Shown here: positions 15,958 through 33,149 of the stretch, in pieces | Position numbering within the stretch: position 1 is the stretch's first letter | Layout: each line of letters opens with the position of its first letter | Origin: the human T2T-CHM13v2.0 reference genome, Homo sapiens | Length of the DNA: 64,000 nucleotides | Assembly (NCBI RefSeq): GCF_009914755.1 | Contig: NC_060936.1 | Direction: 5' to 3' (one strand) | Made by a program: the position numbers and the translations under genes | The notes under the pieces: model-generated | What the model was told of the DNA's origin: nothing | The model's database searches: none | What the model saw: only the letters and a program-made list of their open reading frames with translations

Positions 15958-16414
15958 TGATTGTGTATCTGTAGGAACACAAGCTGTTTCTCTGTCTCCT
16001 ATGTTTAGAAATATGATCAGATAAAAGTTTGAGGGTTTTTATTTTATTTTTTTTTATTTTATGGGGGCAAGAATTCTAATAGGTTGGTACAAATGTGACT
16101 GCAGTTTTTAACCATTGAGAGTAATGGCAAAAACCACAACTACTTTTGCATCAACCTAAATACATAGATGGTGTTATGTGTTTTCAACAGAAGGAAACTA
16201 TTGATGATGAAGGCCTAGACCTATATTTTCATTAGATGTTGCAAATGGTAATATTCTATCATTCCTTCCTAATGTATCACCTGAAATACATCTATAATGA
16301 GAAACTCTATTCCGCGTTATGAACTATTTTGCTATACTGGTGTCCTGAAGGAGAGAGGCAGGATAAAAGCTTGATTGATTCTCTTTACCTACCAGTTTTA
16401 AAAATACTAAACTG

Positions 16415-16860
16415 GGGCTGGGTGGGGTGGCTCATACCTGTAATCCCAGCACTTTAGGAGGCCAAGGTGGAGGCTCTGCTTGAGCCCAGGAGTTTGAGAC
16501 TACCCTGGGAAACATAGTGAAACCATGTCTCCACTAAAAATAGAAAAATTTAGGCGGAGTGCAGTGCTTCAAGCCTGTAATCCCAGCACTTTGGGAGGCT
16601 GAGGTGGGCAGATCACTTGAAGCCAGGAATTTGAGACCAGCCTAGCCAACATGGTGAAACCCCACCTCTACTAAAAATATAAAAATTACCCAGGCGTGGT
16701 GGCACACACTTGTAATCCCAGCTACTAGGGAGGCTGAGGCACAAGAAGCGTTTGAACTCAGGAGTTGGAGGCTGCAGTAAGTTGAGATGGTGCCACTGCA
16801 CTCCAGCCTGGGAGACAAAGCGAAACTCCATCTCAAAATAAAAGAAAAATTAGCTGAGCA
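16415..16860 (+). mobile_element. Alu left arm followed by a full Alu
   Basis: Alu consensus. Confidence 0.88.
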
Positions 16861-17116
16861 ACATAATTGCTAAAGATAGTGTAAGGTGTTTTCTTGGTCA
16901 TCCTTTTTTTTAAAAAAGTGATATACTAATGTATTCTCTAGTATGTGTGAGAATGTTTTCAAACTTGTTTTATAATCTGCTTTTTCTCATTTAATAATTT
17001 GAGTACCTGTCTGCATCAAAAAATTTTCTTCATATGCTATACCATTTTTGATGTAACATGTTTAACCAATCCATGTCAATTGGATATTAATTTTTTCTGC
17101 TTTAAAAATTATAATA

Positions 17117-18161
<1,045 letters not shown>

Positions 18162-18287
18162 GGAGGCCTTTCTAGTTTTGATATGACAGAGGGCTTAGAG
18201 TTTCAGTGGAGGAAAATATGATAAATGATTATTGCTGGCTTTCCAGCTTGCTTTCCAGTTCTTCTACAAATAAAATAATGCAATTCT

Positions 18288-18606
<319 letters not shown>

Positions 18607-19464
18607 TTAGTCATTTTATTTCTCTTTCTAATAGTGTCACATCTAAATGACATGTTAAGTTTAAATAATGTTAAAGTTATTAAAAACTTTGAAGTTATTC
18701 AGCCTCCTTTATGAGTATCTCCTCCTTCTAATTAAGAGACTTTTTTTTTTCTGATGTCATGGTCTATCCTTATTTCCTTAAGGGAAGAACCTTCTCTGTG
18801 GCATCTGCCCTCTCAAACTTCTACTTAATTTTTCCCTCTCCTTTGCAAGTAGCCAGCCCAAGGCAGGCCTTTGATGGGAGTAAAAGAAAAGTCTTATGTT
18901 TAAAAAAGATTGGTGTGTCAATGACTAACATAGTTTGGATGATTTTCTTTTCTGAATGTGATAGTAGGGATGACTGTCTAAAAATGCCTCCTCCACCCCC
19001 TAAAAAGTAGAAATTTTCACTTGAGATTGAAATTTTAACTAAAGTAGAGAAAAAAACTTCCTTCATTGAAGGCTTTTCAAGGAACTGAAAGGAAAAAATG
19101 TAATGTCATTTTGGTCACCTCCCACGAGAAATTATTGATTACATATATCATCAATATTTAAACCTCGCAACTCTGTGTGATAGGTATCATCGTCCCCATC
19201 TCAGATAAAGAAACAGGTTCAGAGAGGTTAATATTCCCAAAGCTACACAGCTGGTAATCTTCAGAGCCAAGATTTGACACTAGGTCCATTAGACTTTAGC
19301 CCAAGGCCAGTGTTCTTTACAATATACCATGCCAGCTCCGCAGGACTGCCAGGGTTATATATCATGTTTCTAGGATCAGGAAACATTAAAGAGATAGGTG
19401 CTTCACTTGTGAAAAATATAACTTTTCTGTCTTTCAGAACTGATCTGCTCTTCTTTTTCCAAAG

Positions 19465-19645
19465 GCTCAGTCGGAGTGGCCAAAATAATCAATTTCCTGA
19501 GACAAACAACTAGCCAAAATTCTGAAGACAGTGGCCTTGAGCAGTTGTGGAACATGCTTGATCCTGAGAAGAGAGACCCACATGTGGACCTGGAAACTTT
19601 CCAGGCCATGATGAAAGACTGGATGGCTTACTGTGGAAACACATG
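19465..19645 (+). CDS. IRAG2: Coding exon 3 (GSVGVAKIINFLRQTTSQNSEDSGLEQLWNMLDPEKRDPHVDLETFQAMMKDWMAYCGNT); EF-hand pair
   Basis: ttctttttccaaag| ... ATG|GTAATC, phase 1-2. Resembles KASH5 ...LDPNGEGPKATVDLDTFLVVMRDWIAAC. Confidence 0.93.
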
Positions 19646-19746
19646 GTAATCAGAGTCCTAGTGGGATGCAGTTTAAGGTTCTATTTTAACAATTGATTAT
19701 AATTATGCTAATCACTGTTTCCTGTGTTGATGGAAATACTATTGTC

Positions 19747-19916
19747 CAGTGCTTTAGCATGCATTAGAATCACCTGAATGATGTTAAACCTGATTGCTGG
19801 GGTCCCACCATCATGATTCAGCAGATCTGGGGTGAAGCCTGATAATTTACATTCTAACAAGTTTCCGATGATATTGATGCTGGGAGTGGGCTGGACATGC
19901 TTTGGGAACCACTGCT
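19747..19916. mobile_element. MER5A-like hAT-Charlie element
   Basis: gcattagaatcacctg...cattctaacaagttt...tttgggaaccactg. Confidence 0.75.
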
Positions 19917-20137
19917 GTCATTCATTTCTTGTGATTAGTGGGGAGCACATGTGATACTCTCACAGAGAATTGAGCTGACATACGAGTCAGGTGAATTATT
20001 GATACTATCCAATCTCCAAATGTATTTAAATTCAATAATAGACTCCCTTTTAAGGGCAGTGGGGCTAGTCAGTGAATGTAATTTGGAATCCTAGAATATA
20101 GGGAGGCTAAGGGGAACAAGAAAGAATAGTAGAATAG

Positions 20138-20955
<818 letters not shown>

Positions 20956-21226
20956 TTACCAGATTTCTGGTAGGATTAGGATGTATAGATAACTAAAGAA
21001 AATATGACTGAAATGTTGCATGCCATACACATTTTATTCATGAAGTCAAGATAAATATATAGAAATAAGTAATGTTAGTGTAATCAAAAACTGCAAATAC
21101 AGATATAACATTTCTACCCATGAGTTTAACAAAGATTTTTAAAAAATGACTCTAGCCCATGTGGTGGACTGTGAAAAGGGTGGAGAAATAAGCCCTCCCA
21201 TATATTATTGGTAGTAGTGCAAGTTA

Positions 21227-21656
<430 letters not shown>

Positions 21657-21886
21657 CTAATATAGAAGGTAGAAGGTAGTTTATGACAGTGATAAATACA
21701 AGCAATCTAGATATTTAAAAAGAGACAATTGGACAAATTATAGTGCTTCCATACACTAGAATACTAGTCATTTAAAGTAATAATATTTGATAAGAGAAAT
21801 TAATATGTAATTACTTCAAATAAATAGGTCATAGATCTATTCATGTAGTATAATCCCATTTTTGGAAGAAATAAAAATATGCATAG

Positions 21887-22266
<380 letters not shown>

Positions 22267-23275
22267 TAATTTTTTGTTTTCTTAAGAATTTAATATTTCC
22301 AAAATATATGTTTGTATAATAAAAATATTAATAATTATAAAACAGCATGAAGACAAAAGAAAAAACATTTTTATAACAAGTGTAAAGGAAAAATCATGGG
22401 CGCTAGAAATACAGAAGATAAGAGCAGAAACTCAGAAATGGGGATAGGTGTGAACACGAGAATAGTCAGAACTCTGTGTGAGTTCTTTCATTCCCCCAAC
22501 TTGTGACAGACATCTCACAATGACAAACAATGAGATGTAAACATATATTTGTTGAATTTTGTGGCTATTCCAGAGAGAAGCTTGAGGATTTGGTGCTTAG
22601 GTTAAGTAACAAAACTTAAATTATAATATAGGACTCTGAAAGGAAATGGTTGAAATGTTAATATGTTTATTTTGCAGTTCAAGCTAGAGTGTGTGTGCTA
22701 CACAGCCTGTACAGAGGGTTTCCCAGATTCCAGAAGTAAAATGCCCAAAGTAAAATTAGTCGAGGTTCTATTTGATTCTCCATGAGAAAGGGAAAATGTA
22801 TCCCTGTCAATGTATCCCAAAGTATTCATTGTTCGTGTATTTCCTTCTCAATCTCTTAAGCCCCATGATCTTGCAACCTCCACAAGTCTCCACTTACCAG
22901 TCCAACCTATGTCTATTTCCTAATCCACCGAGACCCCACATCTCCTAATCATACGCTGCCTGTGAGTTTTCTTTTTCATATTAGGTAAAAGTGTATGGAT
23001 GGTGGAGGTAATGCCTAATGTACCACCTACATTAGAAACAGTTTCACTAGGAACACAGACTATTTTCTATCACTCTAAGTACCTAGCATAGTATTGAGCT
23101 CCAAATAGTTGTTGAATGAATATATATTTTTTTAACTCAGAAGGAATTACCTAAAAAGGAAAGTACAGAGCATAAATCTGAAAAAAAAAAAAAAAAAAAA
23201 AAAAAAAGACAAAACTTGGTCAGGCAAAGAATCCTAGCTCACTGGTTTTGTTTTTTTTTTTTTTTTTGGCTACAG

Positions 23276-23355
23276 GGAAGGAGTGAATCATAGATTAAGC
23301 AGCATCATCGATGATTCTGTTTGTGAACAGGATGGCATAAAATCAGATGGAACAA
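23276..23355 (+). CDS. IRAG2: Coding exon 4 (WEGVNHRLSSIIDDSVCEQDGIKSDGT)
   Basis: T-tract+ggctacag| ... CAA|GTATGT, phase 2-1, open frame. Confidence 0.85.
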
Positions 23356-23443
23356 GTATGTATGTGTTTCTTCAGGATTGTTCTGTTTTCTTACGGTTTG
23401 TAGAAAATGATTTTTTTTCATAAAACTCTTGTATGTGTTTCAG

Positions 23444-23522
23444 TGAAGATGAGCACAGATATAACAGATTCTACATTGGGGAGCTTCGAGGCTTTGGGAG
23501 GAGAAACATCTAAAGGAGTCTT
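23444..23522 (+). CDS. IRAG2: Coding exon 5 (MKMSTDITDSTLGSFEALGGETSKGV)
   Basis: gtgtttcag| ... CTT|GTAAGC, phase 1-2, after an 88-nt intron. SFEALGGE resembles KASH5 NLESFGGE. Confidence 0.9.
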
Positions 23523-23961
23523 GTAAGCCTTCTTACTCTGCTTTCGCAAGTGTTTCAACTTCATTTTTCTTGTTTATTTCATAAATCTACGTATTTCAGT
23601 TACAATGAAGTCACTTTGCTCTTTTTTTGCAGTAGAGCTAGCATAACTGATTTTAAATTCTTCACTGATTCTAATAATGCCTGCATTAGAAACAGTTTCA
23701 CTAGGAACACAAATTCTCGTATGACTAGTAATCCAAAATCACTTGCTCTCTCATGAAACCCTTCTCCCTCATTAATTTCCTGTGCTTTCTGTAGGGAAAA
23801 GTTCCACCTGAAGTAGGGTTATGATATTGACCTTACACTCTTTTGGAAATTATTTTAAAGCACTTCTTTAGTAGAATCTTTTAGGCATGAATGAGAAAAG
23901 CTGTTTTCCACGACATGTGTAAGTTTTGGGTATTAAGGAGAGTGATTCTGCCTCTGCTTTA

Positions 23962-24327
<366 letters not shown>

Positions 24328-24576
24328 TCAACCTGAGCCCCGGGATAAGATAGCAAAAAAGAAAAAGAGACCTGGGGCTCCATGAAACACACAGTCCAGA
24401 ATCTTAAAGGATTTGTGAACTGATATCATGGCAAATGATGCTCATAAACATTGACAAGTTATACAAAACATTAGGAAAGATGAGTACTGAATTGTGAGCT
24501 TCAGACTACAATGATAAGACTCTAGGAACTGTTTCCTAGGTAAACCTGCCGAGATCCCTTCGCTGAAAGAATATAG

Positions 24577-24878
<302 letters not shown>

Positions 24879-25228
24879 TTATTTCAGGATCTCTCATATT
24901 CCAGGCAGAAATAGGAACTCTTCGTTTAGAAGACAAATGTTGAGAGTGAAGGGGAAAAGAATCAACAAAAACTGTAGAAGTTGATTTTACATCTGGCAAA
25001 TGATGGCTACTTGGAAATTTTGGGAAACATCTTTGATGCTATTGTAATAAAATCTGAATAGCTATTTATTATATACATTAATTATGTTTATGATGACAGA
25101 TGAGGGTAAAGTTAAAAAAAAAAAAACTCACCAGAATATCAAAGTTTGGTTTGTTTAACCGTATACCTTATTTTATTAGAAGGAATTAGTGATGTGAAGG
25201 TTATTCTCATCTATTCTTTTACTTGCAG

Positions 25229-25387
25229 AGAGGTGTCTGATTTGATTGCCTACGTAGCAGACCTTCATTTCAACAAAAGAAAACTTGAGGAAGAAAATAA
25301 TAAGTTTAAGTTGGCTTTAGAAACCCTGGAAGAAACTAACAGCCAGTTATCAGAGGACTGTACCGAATTGCGCCTTCAGGTAAAAAG
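25229..25387 (+). CDS. IRAG2: Coding exon 6 (LEVSDLIAYVADLHFNKRKLEEENNKFKLALETLEETNSQLSEDCTELRLQVK); coiled coil
   Basis: ttttacttgcag| ... AAG|GTGAGC, phase 2-2. Resembles KASH5 ADLLSSLEDLELSNRRLVGENAKL. Confidence 0.93.
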
Positions 25388-25439
25388 GTGAGCCACAGTG
25401 GGGTCCAGTGTGCGGGGAACTTTCATTTCTTTTTTCTTT

Positions 25440-26603
<1,164 letters not shown>

Positions 26604-27077
26604 TCATATGTTTCACTAAAGCATTCTCATCCTCAAAATCTTTGACCTTGTCCAGTCCAGTCTCCAAACTAATCTTTAAAAAAATTGCTTACCTCAAGTC
26701 CTCTTCATTTCACAATTGGCTTATTTATTATTTAACTGAAATATAAAAATTCAAAGTTTCTTTAACAAAACTGCTTTGGATGAATATGTTGGTCAGGATT
26801 TTTGGTTGCAAGCACTGGAATCTAACTCTGGTTTAATAAGCAGTCAAGAAATATATCAGAAAGGAATTAAGTAACTCACATAATGGACAGAAAGGCTGGA
26901 GAATCCAGATGGGCAATCAGAATGCCACTGTCTACAAAATTAAGCCACGTGTCTTTCTCTTTTCTCCTTCCCCTAATCCTTTCTGAAGACTGTCTGTTTC
27001 CTTTGGGTTCCCGCAACCTAGTTTTGATATTGTCCAATTGTCCCATCATAGTGTAATTTGTTTTCTGTATTAACCAT

Positions 27078-27892
27078 TGAGGTGGGAGGGTTCCCTTGAC
27101 TGCCTCGTGGGACTTGCAACCGGGATGGCTTGTTGGCTCAGCTGCCATGCTCAAACCCCTTGCAGGAGGGGGAGCATGCAGGTGAGCAGGTGTAGGAGCT
27201 GGGGTGAGTGCCTTTAGGTGCCAGGAGGAACAAACCCCATACCAGCCTGTGGCAGCATCTAGGGGTTGCCCACAACCTCTGGAGCCCCAGAGGGCATGTG
27301 TTACAAGCAATACTCTTTTAGCATTTGCCATCTATGGACAGCTAAGAGTTAAACTAGCTCAGTGGAGGATCAGGGTGACAGCCTTTTACACCCTACCCTC
27401 TTGGTACCCAGGTTCTTGTCCAACATCCAGGAAGAATCAGGTCACACAAACTTGAAGGATGGTGAATGTGGAGATTGTATCGAGTGGTGGAAGTGGCTCT
27501 CAGCAGGATGGGGAGCTGGAAAGGGGATGGTGTGGAAAGATAATCTTCCCCTGGAGTTTAGCTGTCCCAGCCAAACTCCTCTCTGACAGTCCCTGGCCAA
27601 ACTTCTCTCTGACCTTAGTCTCTGATGTCCAGCTGCCTCTTCTCCTCTTGATGTTCAGAGCTTCTTCTCTTCTCTCCTTCTCTTCCACACTGCTCTGCTC
27701 CTCTGCCAGTGGAGCTTGGAGTTTTTGTGGGTACAGGATAGGGGGCATGGTGGGTCAAAAGGCAGCATTCAGGTGGGAAATCAGGGATGCGAAGTTCTCA
27801 TTTAAGGCCATGGGTCCAGGTTTGAGGGTGGAACCCTTGCCAGGAACCCTGCCCTTTTCTACCTAGTGTTTCCCTGCCTCCTGTTTATATCA
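27078..27892 (-). mobile_element. Solo ERV1 LTR (LTR1/LTR28/MER52 group)
   Basis: Minus strand begins TGATATAAACAGGAGGCAGGGAAACACTAGGTAGAAAAGGGCAGGGTTCC and ends CCTCA; 4-bp TSD ccat/ctgt. Confidence 0.8.
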
Positions 27893-28887
27893 CTGTGACC
27901 TCCTTGATGGGAGGAACTATGTCATATTCATCCTGTTTAGCCTAGTGCTTAGTAGAATACCTACTGTAGAACAGCACTACTTTCCTTCTAGTTACCTAAA
28001 AGCCAGAAACCCTTATTTCTTTTGATTCTTATCATACTGTATTGTCAGTATGATTGTCTGTTTACCCCACTAGGCTATAAACTCCAGATGAGTAGAATTC
28101 TCCGGATTCAGTCATTCTTCCCTTCTTCAATGCCTAGCACAGTGCCTGGGACAGGTTCAGCACTCAATTAGTATTTGTTAAATGATCAATGTAATTTCTT
28201 AGGAAAAAAATTGTATCTCCTTTGAAGGCTTTGTTCCTAAGGGAACAGTCTATAATCTAACGGGAGCTACAGGTAGGTAACTTCATGATATGGATTACCA
28301 TAATTCATTTAATCAGTTTCCTGTTGGTGGATGTTTAGGTTTTTTTTCCAATGCTTTGTTATAATCAACAGTATGATAAACTTCTTTATAGAATATGTCA
28401 TATAGAGACTTGGTAATTATTTATTTGTTTAGTTGTCATCTCCCTCCATAGTATGTAAGCTCTATAAGGCCAAGGACCATGTCCCTTTTGTTCACCATTG
28501 TAGCCTGCATTGTAGAGCACCTAGAACATGGTATTATTCAATTAATATTTGTGGAACTGCATTAACTAACATTACATCTTCTTAGTAGGGGGAAAGAACC
28601 AGGTAATTCAGCCAGTGATGATTTTCAAAGGGATCCTCTAAATCTTTAGCTTCAGGAATACATTTGTCTGTTTTCCCCATAGTCTCCATTCCCCACTCCC
28701 CATTTTCTCCAAATTCCTTCCTTTTCCAAGGACTGAAAGATCATGGGTATATTTTTACTATGCGGGCATCTGGTTTAAGCCTTTAGTGGTTTTCAACTTG
28801 GGTCCAAAATAGTCCTTGGCTGTTCTTAGTGTCTTTGACGGTTATATTTGAGGTTTTGCTCATGGCCTTCTCCCCCCACCCCCACAG

Positions 28888-29005
28888 TGCCCACCAGGCT
28901 ATTATGAGAACAAATCTGTTAAAAGAAGAACTGGAGGAACTGAAACTTAGTATGAATGCTTCAGAAGAGCAGAAGAGCATGATTGTAGCCCAGAGCAAAC
29001 AATTA
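28888..29005 (+). CDS. IRAG2: Coding exon 7 (SAHQAIMRTNLLKEELEELKLSMNASEEQKSMIVAQSKQL)
   Basis: cccccacag| ... TTA|GTAAGT, phase 2-0. Resembles KASH5 STQQALQFAKAMDEELEDLKTLARSLEEQNRSLLAQARQA. Confidence 0.93.
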
Positions 29006-30324
29006 GTAAGTCATCTATTATAGTACTTTGAATTTGGCGTATAATTTACATAACTGAAATATACAAGAGGACTTATCCGGTGGAACATCAGAAGTCAATA
29101 TCCTGATGAATGAATTGGTAACACTTTAGAAAAGTAAAGGCAGGTAGGATTTTTTTAAATCTGTGTTTTCCTTTTCTTTCTTTCTTTTCTTTTTTTTTTT
29201 TTTCTTTTTTTCTTTTTTTTTGAGACAGGATCTTGCTTTGTTGCCCAGGCTGGAGTGCAGTGGCAGGATCGTGGCTCACTCCAGCCTCGACCTCCCAGGC
29301 TCAAGCGATCCTCTCACTTCAGCTTCCCAAAGTGTTGGGATTATAGGCATGAGCCACTGTGCTTGGCCTCCTTTTCAATCAAGATTTAAATTTTTTACAT
29401 ATTTCTCAGTCACATTCACAATAGTTTCTGAAAACCCAGAAAATATCTGGAATGCCTCCTAAAGTCGATAGGAGAATTCAAAAATATCTGATACTAAAAA
29501 CCACTTGAATTAAAAAAAATCTGTGAAACTTTCACCTTTTTTCTCAGATTTAAAAAAAAACAGTTATCTCAGTACTTGCAGGTTACTGAGAAGCTCCATA
29601 AATCATTCCTTATGCTAAATAAGCACAGGCTTATAATTTCAGAGCAAAAGAGTCATTTAGACTAAACTTTAAGTCAGATGCCAGAGAAGTGATCATTTTT
29701 ATTGAGAAGGTTCAACTGTTGTATAAAGAATTAGTAATAGTCTTCAAAATCCTGATAGATGCCAGCAGTACTCTAGTATCATTAACTATGGTAAGGAGTG
29801 GCTGAAAGTCATTCCGACTAATTTGTTTCAGGTATCAGTTGCAAAACTGTTTTTAGAGTCTCTAAATCTTGGAGAGACTTGGTTCCAGCCCTGTGGCAGT
29901 CCCTTATGACCTCCCACAAACAAAATAACTTTGTTTAGCTTAGCTCTTGCCTCAGTAGTAAAATATGGGGACTAGATCATTGAATGCCAGGTCTTTTGTG
30001 ACCCTGCAAGTCTATATGGATGCATTATAGGAAAGACTCAATCTGGGACCACTAAGGAGCTTCTAACTGAAGGCAATGGAGAGAACTGGTCAAGAGCCCA
30101 CGCTTGGGAGTCAGACTGCCTGCCTTCAAGCTCCGGCTCCAAGGGCTGTGTGACTTTAGCCCTGCCACATAGTCACTCTAAGCCCGTGGGTCCTCCTAGA
30201 TAAAATGGAGATAACAATACTACTTACCCTAGGGCTGGGAGGGATAAATGAGCTAGCGCATGTAAAGCATTCAATGTCCTTTCTTTCCTGTTAGGAATTG
30301 GTAATGTTAAATTGCTATTGATTA

Positions 30325-30618
<294 letters not shown>

Positions 30619-30920
30619 TCAGAGTCCTAGATACGGAATCCTAATCATTTGCATTTTGTAGTGTTTTATAATTTTAAAAGATTTAGTTGATACTTCATCT
30701 CATAGGTAATAACAGAAAATCTGTAAGGTAGAAACAGAAGTTGCTATATTTTTGTGTACTAAAAAATGTAATAGAGCAATAAAGTCCAGAGGAAGTTTTT
30801 AATTGTTCAAAGTCAATTGTCTAATAAATGATAGAGCTAAATTAACCATTCTATGGTATATATGTACTTTAGAACATCATGTTATACATGGTAAAAGCAC
30901 ATGATGTTATTTATCTGTCA

Positions 30921-31330
<410 letters not shown>

Positions 31331-31967
31331 CTAGCTTGAGATATTTTTTCTTTCATTTTTATATTATAAAGGTAATACCTATTTACTTTATAAAAATAAA
31401 GAAATGCATATTAACAAATAAAAAGTTTTGCAAAATTCTTAACCTACCCTTGAAATTTACTGTTAACATTTTGGCAAATAGCCTGTCCTGAAATATATTG
31501 ATTTTTTTTTTCTGATGGTTCTGAATTTGAGGCTGTTAATTGTAAAACAGTTTTTGATGCTCATATGTTGTGATGATGTTGCATCTGAGAATATCCACAG
31601 CTTCAAATAGAACTCTAGAGCTCTGTGATTTCAAGGTGCTATTTAAATAGCTGAGTTTACAACTACCTGTCATAAATGAAGTAGCAGGGAAAGAAGCCAG
31701 GTTGTTACTTTTTTGTTTCTTTTGTCTTTTCCTCCCTAACAACCATAGTTACATTGAGTCCAGGAGGAGAATGACTTCACTTAGATCCCCAAGTACCTGT
31801 AGGCCAAGGCTTAACCCCACATTGAAAATATTTTCAGAGTAGGCTCATTTGTGATAGGTGAATGCTACATTCAAAGTTGGTAGAGAATGTCAGCCTTGGA
31901 GGTAAATATGTGGTATTTTCATAAACATCTTAAATATATTTTAATTATTTTTCTCACAATGAATTAG

Positions 31968-32018
31968 GAGACAGAAAACCGGGCTCTGATTCTTAAGATT
32001 CGGATTCTACAGGAAGAG
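31968..32018 (+). CDS. IRAG2: Coding exon 8 (ETENRALILKIRILQEE)
   Basis: ...gaattag| ... GAG|GTATGT, phase 0-0. Resembles KASH5 EKEQQHLVAEMETLQEE. Confidence 0.9.
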
Positions 32019-33149
32019 GTATGTCAGAATCGTTAAACACTGGCATAGACAAACATGCAAATCATATCATCGTGGTTTATGGCTGTGGGTTAAATAAAAA
32101 TCATGTAAATATAGCCTCCTATAGGCCAGAGAGCAGGTTGACTTGTCAAACTACAAGTGAGGAGGAATGGATGGGATTTTCATGTCTGAACAGAGAAACT
32201 GTTACTTTTGCAATTATCCTTGGAAGAAATGGGATTTAAGAAATTCAAATTTAAGATGAAATACAATGAACCCATCTAAAAAATATCCAAATCAAGAAGG
32301 AAAGTATGGATGTTATCTAATCATTTTCCATTTAATTCCATTGAACAAAGTGGCAAGAGTCTTGAGTCTACGATTCAGATCTTAAATTCACTGAAAAAAG
32401 GACCTTGGAAAAACCATTTATCTTTTCTGGGCTAATAGTACCTATGCCATGGAGTTATTTTCGAGATTAACTAAGATAATTCACGTGAAGCCATTTGGTA
32501 AACCACAATGTAGCTTATAAATGTTAGGAAATATTAGTATAATCTCAAAGAAAAAGAATATAATTTTTTTAAAGCAACAAAATTGAAGCATTGGAAGAAC
32601 AGGGAACAAGCTACTAGCAAGTTACTATTTTGCTGGGAAAATTCCTTTTATAATAGACACCATTTGAATATCAAGTAGTATGCCAGTTTTTAAATTTTGC
32701 TTTTATGTGAGGCTATCAGAAGTATTTATGAAGCTATGCAGCACAATCTGGAGAGTTATTCAAAATGTGGGCCAAGTGGGTATTTTAAAATTTCATAGTG
32801 GATTGGAAAGGAACAATTAAAGTTTGGAAAGAAAGCCTATATTAGATTCAGAGCTGGTATAGCCACAAGGCCAGGCTTTTGTGAAACTAGTGATTTACAA
32901 TTAAACTACTAATGTAAGATATTTTTCTCCTCTTATTTAGATGAGTGACACGTATCAAAGAATTGTACCAAACCAGTTCAGAATTGAGATAGAAGGAAGA
33001 TTGAAAGCCCTTCATCATGAAATAGCATTGCAATTATTGACTTACATTAGAAAACGAATATAAGTGTTGTCACTAGCTAAGATTCCTTTGGGAGGTAAAA
33101 ATCTGATGCATTGTGAAGAGTAACATCACAATGGTTTGGGTAGTGATTC

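Noticed and set aside
26876-27866. 151-aa and 135-aa ORFs
   Set aside because: They lie within or overlap a solo LTR, with no splice or domain support.
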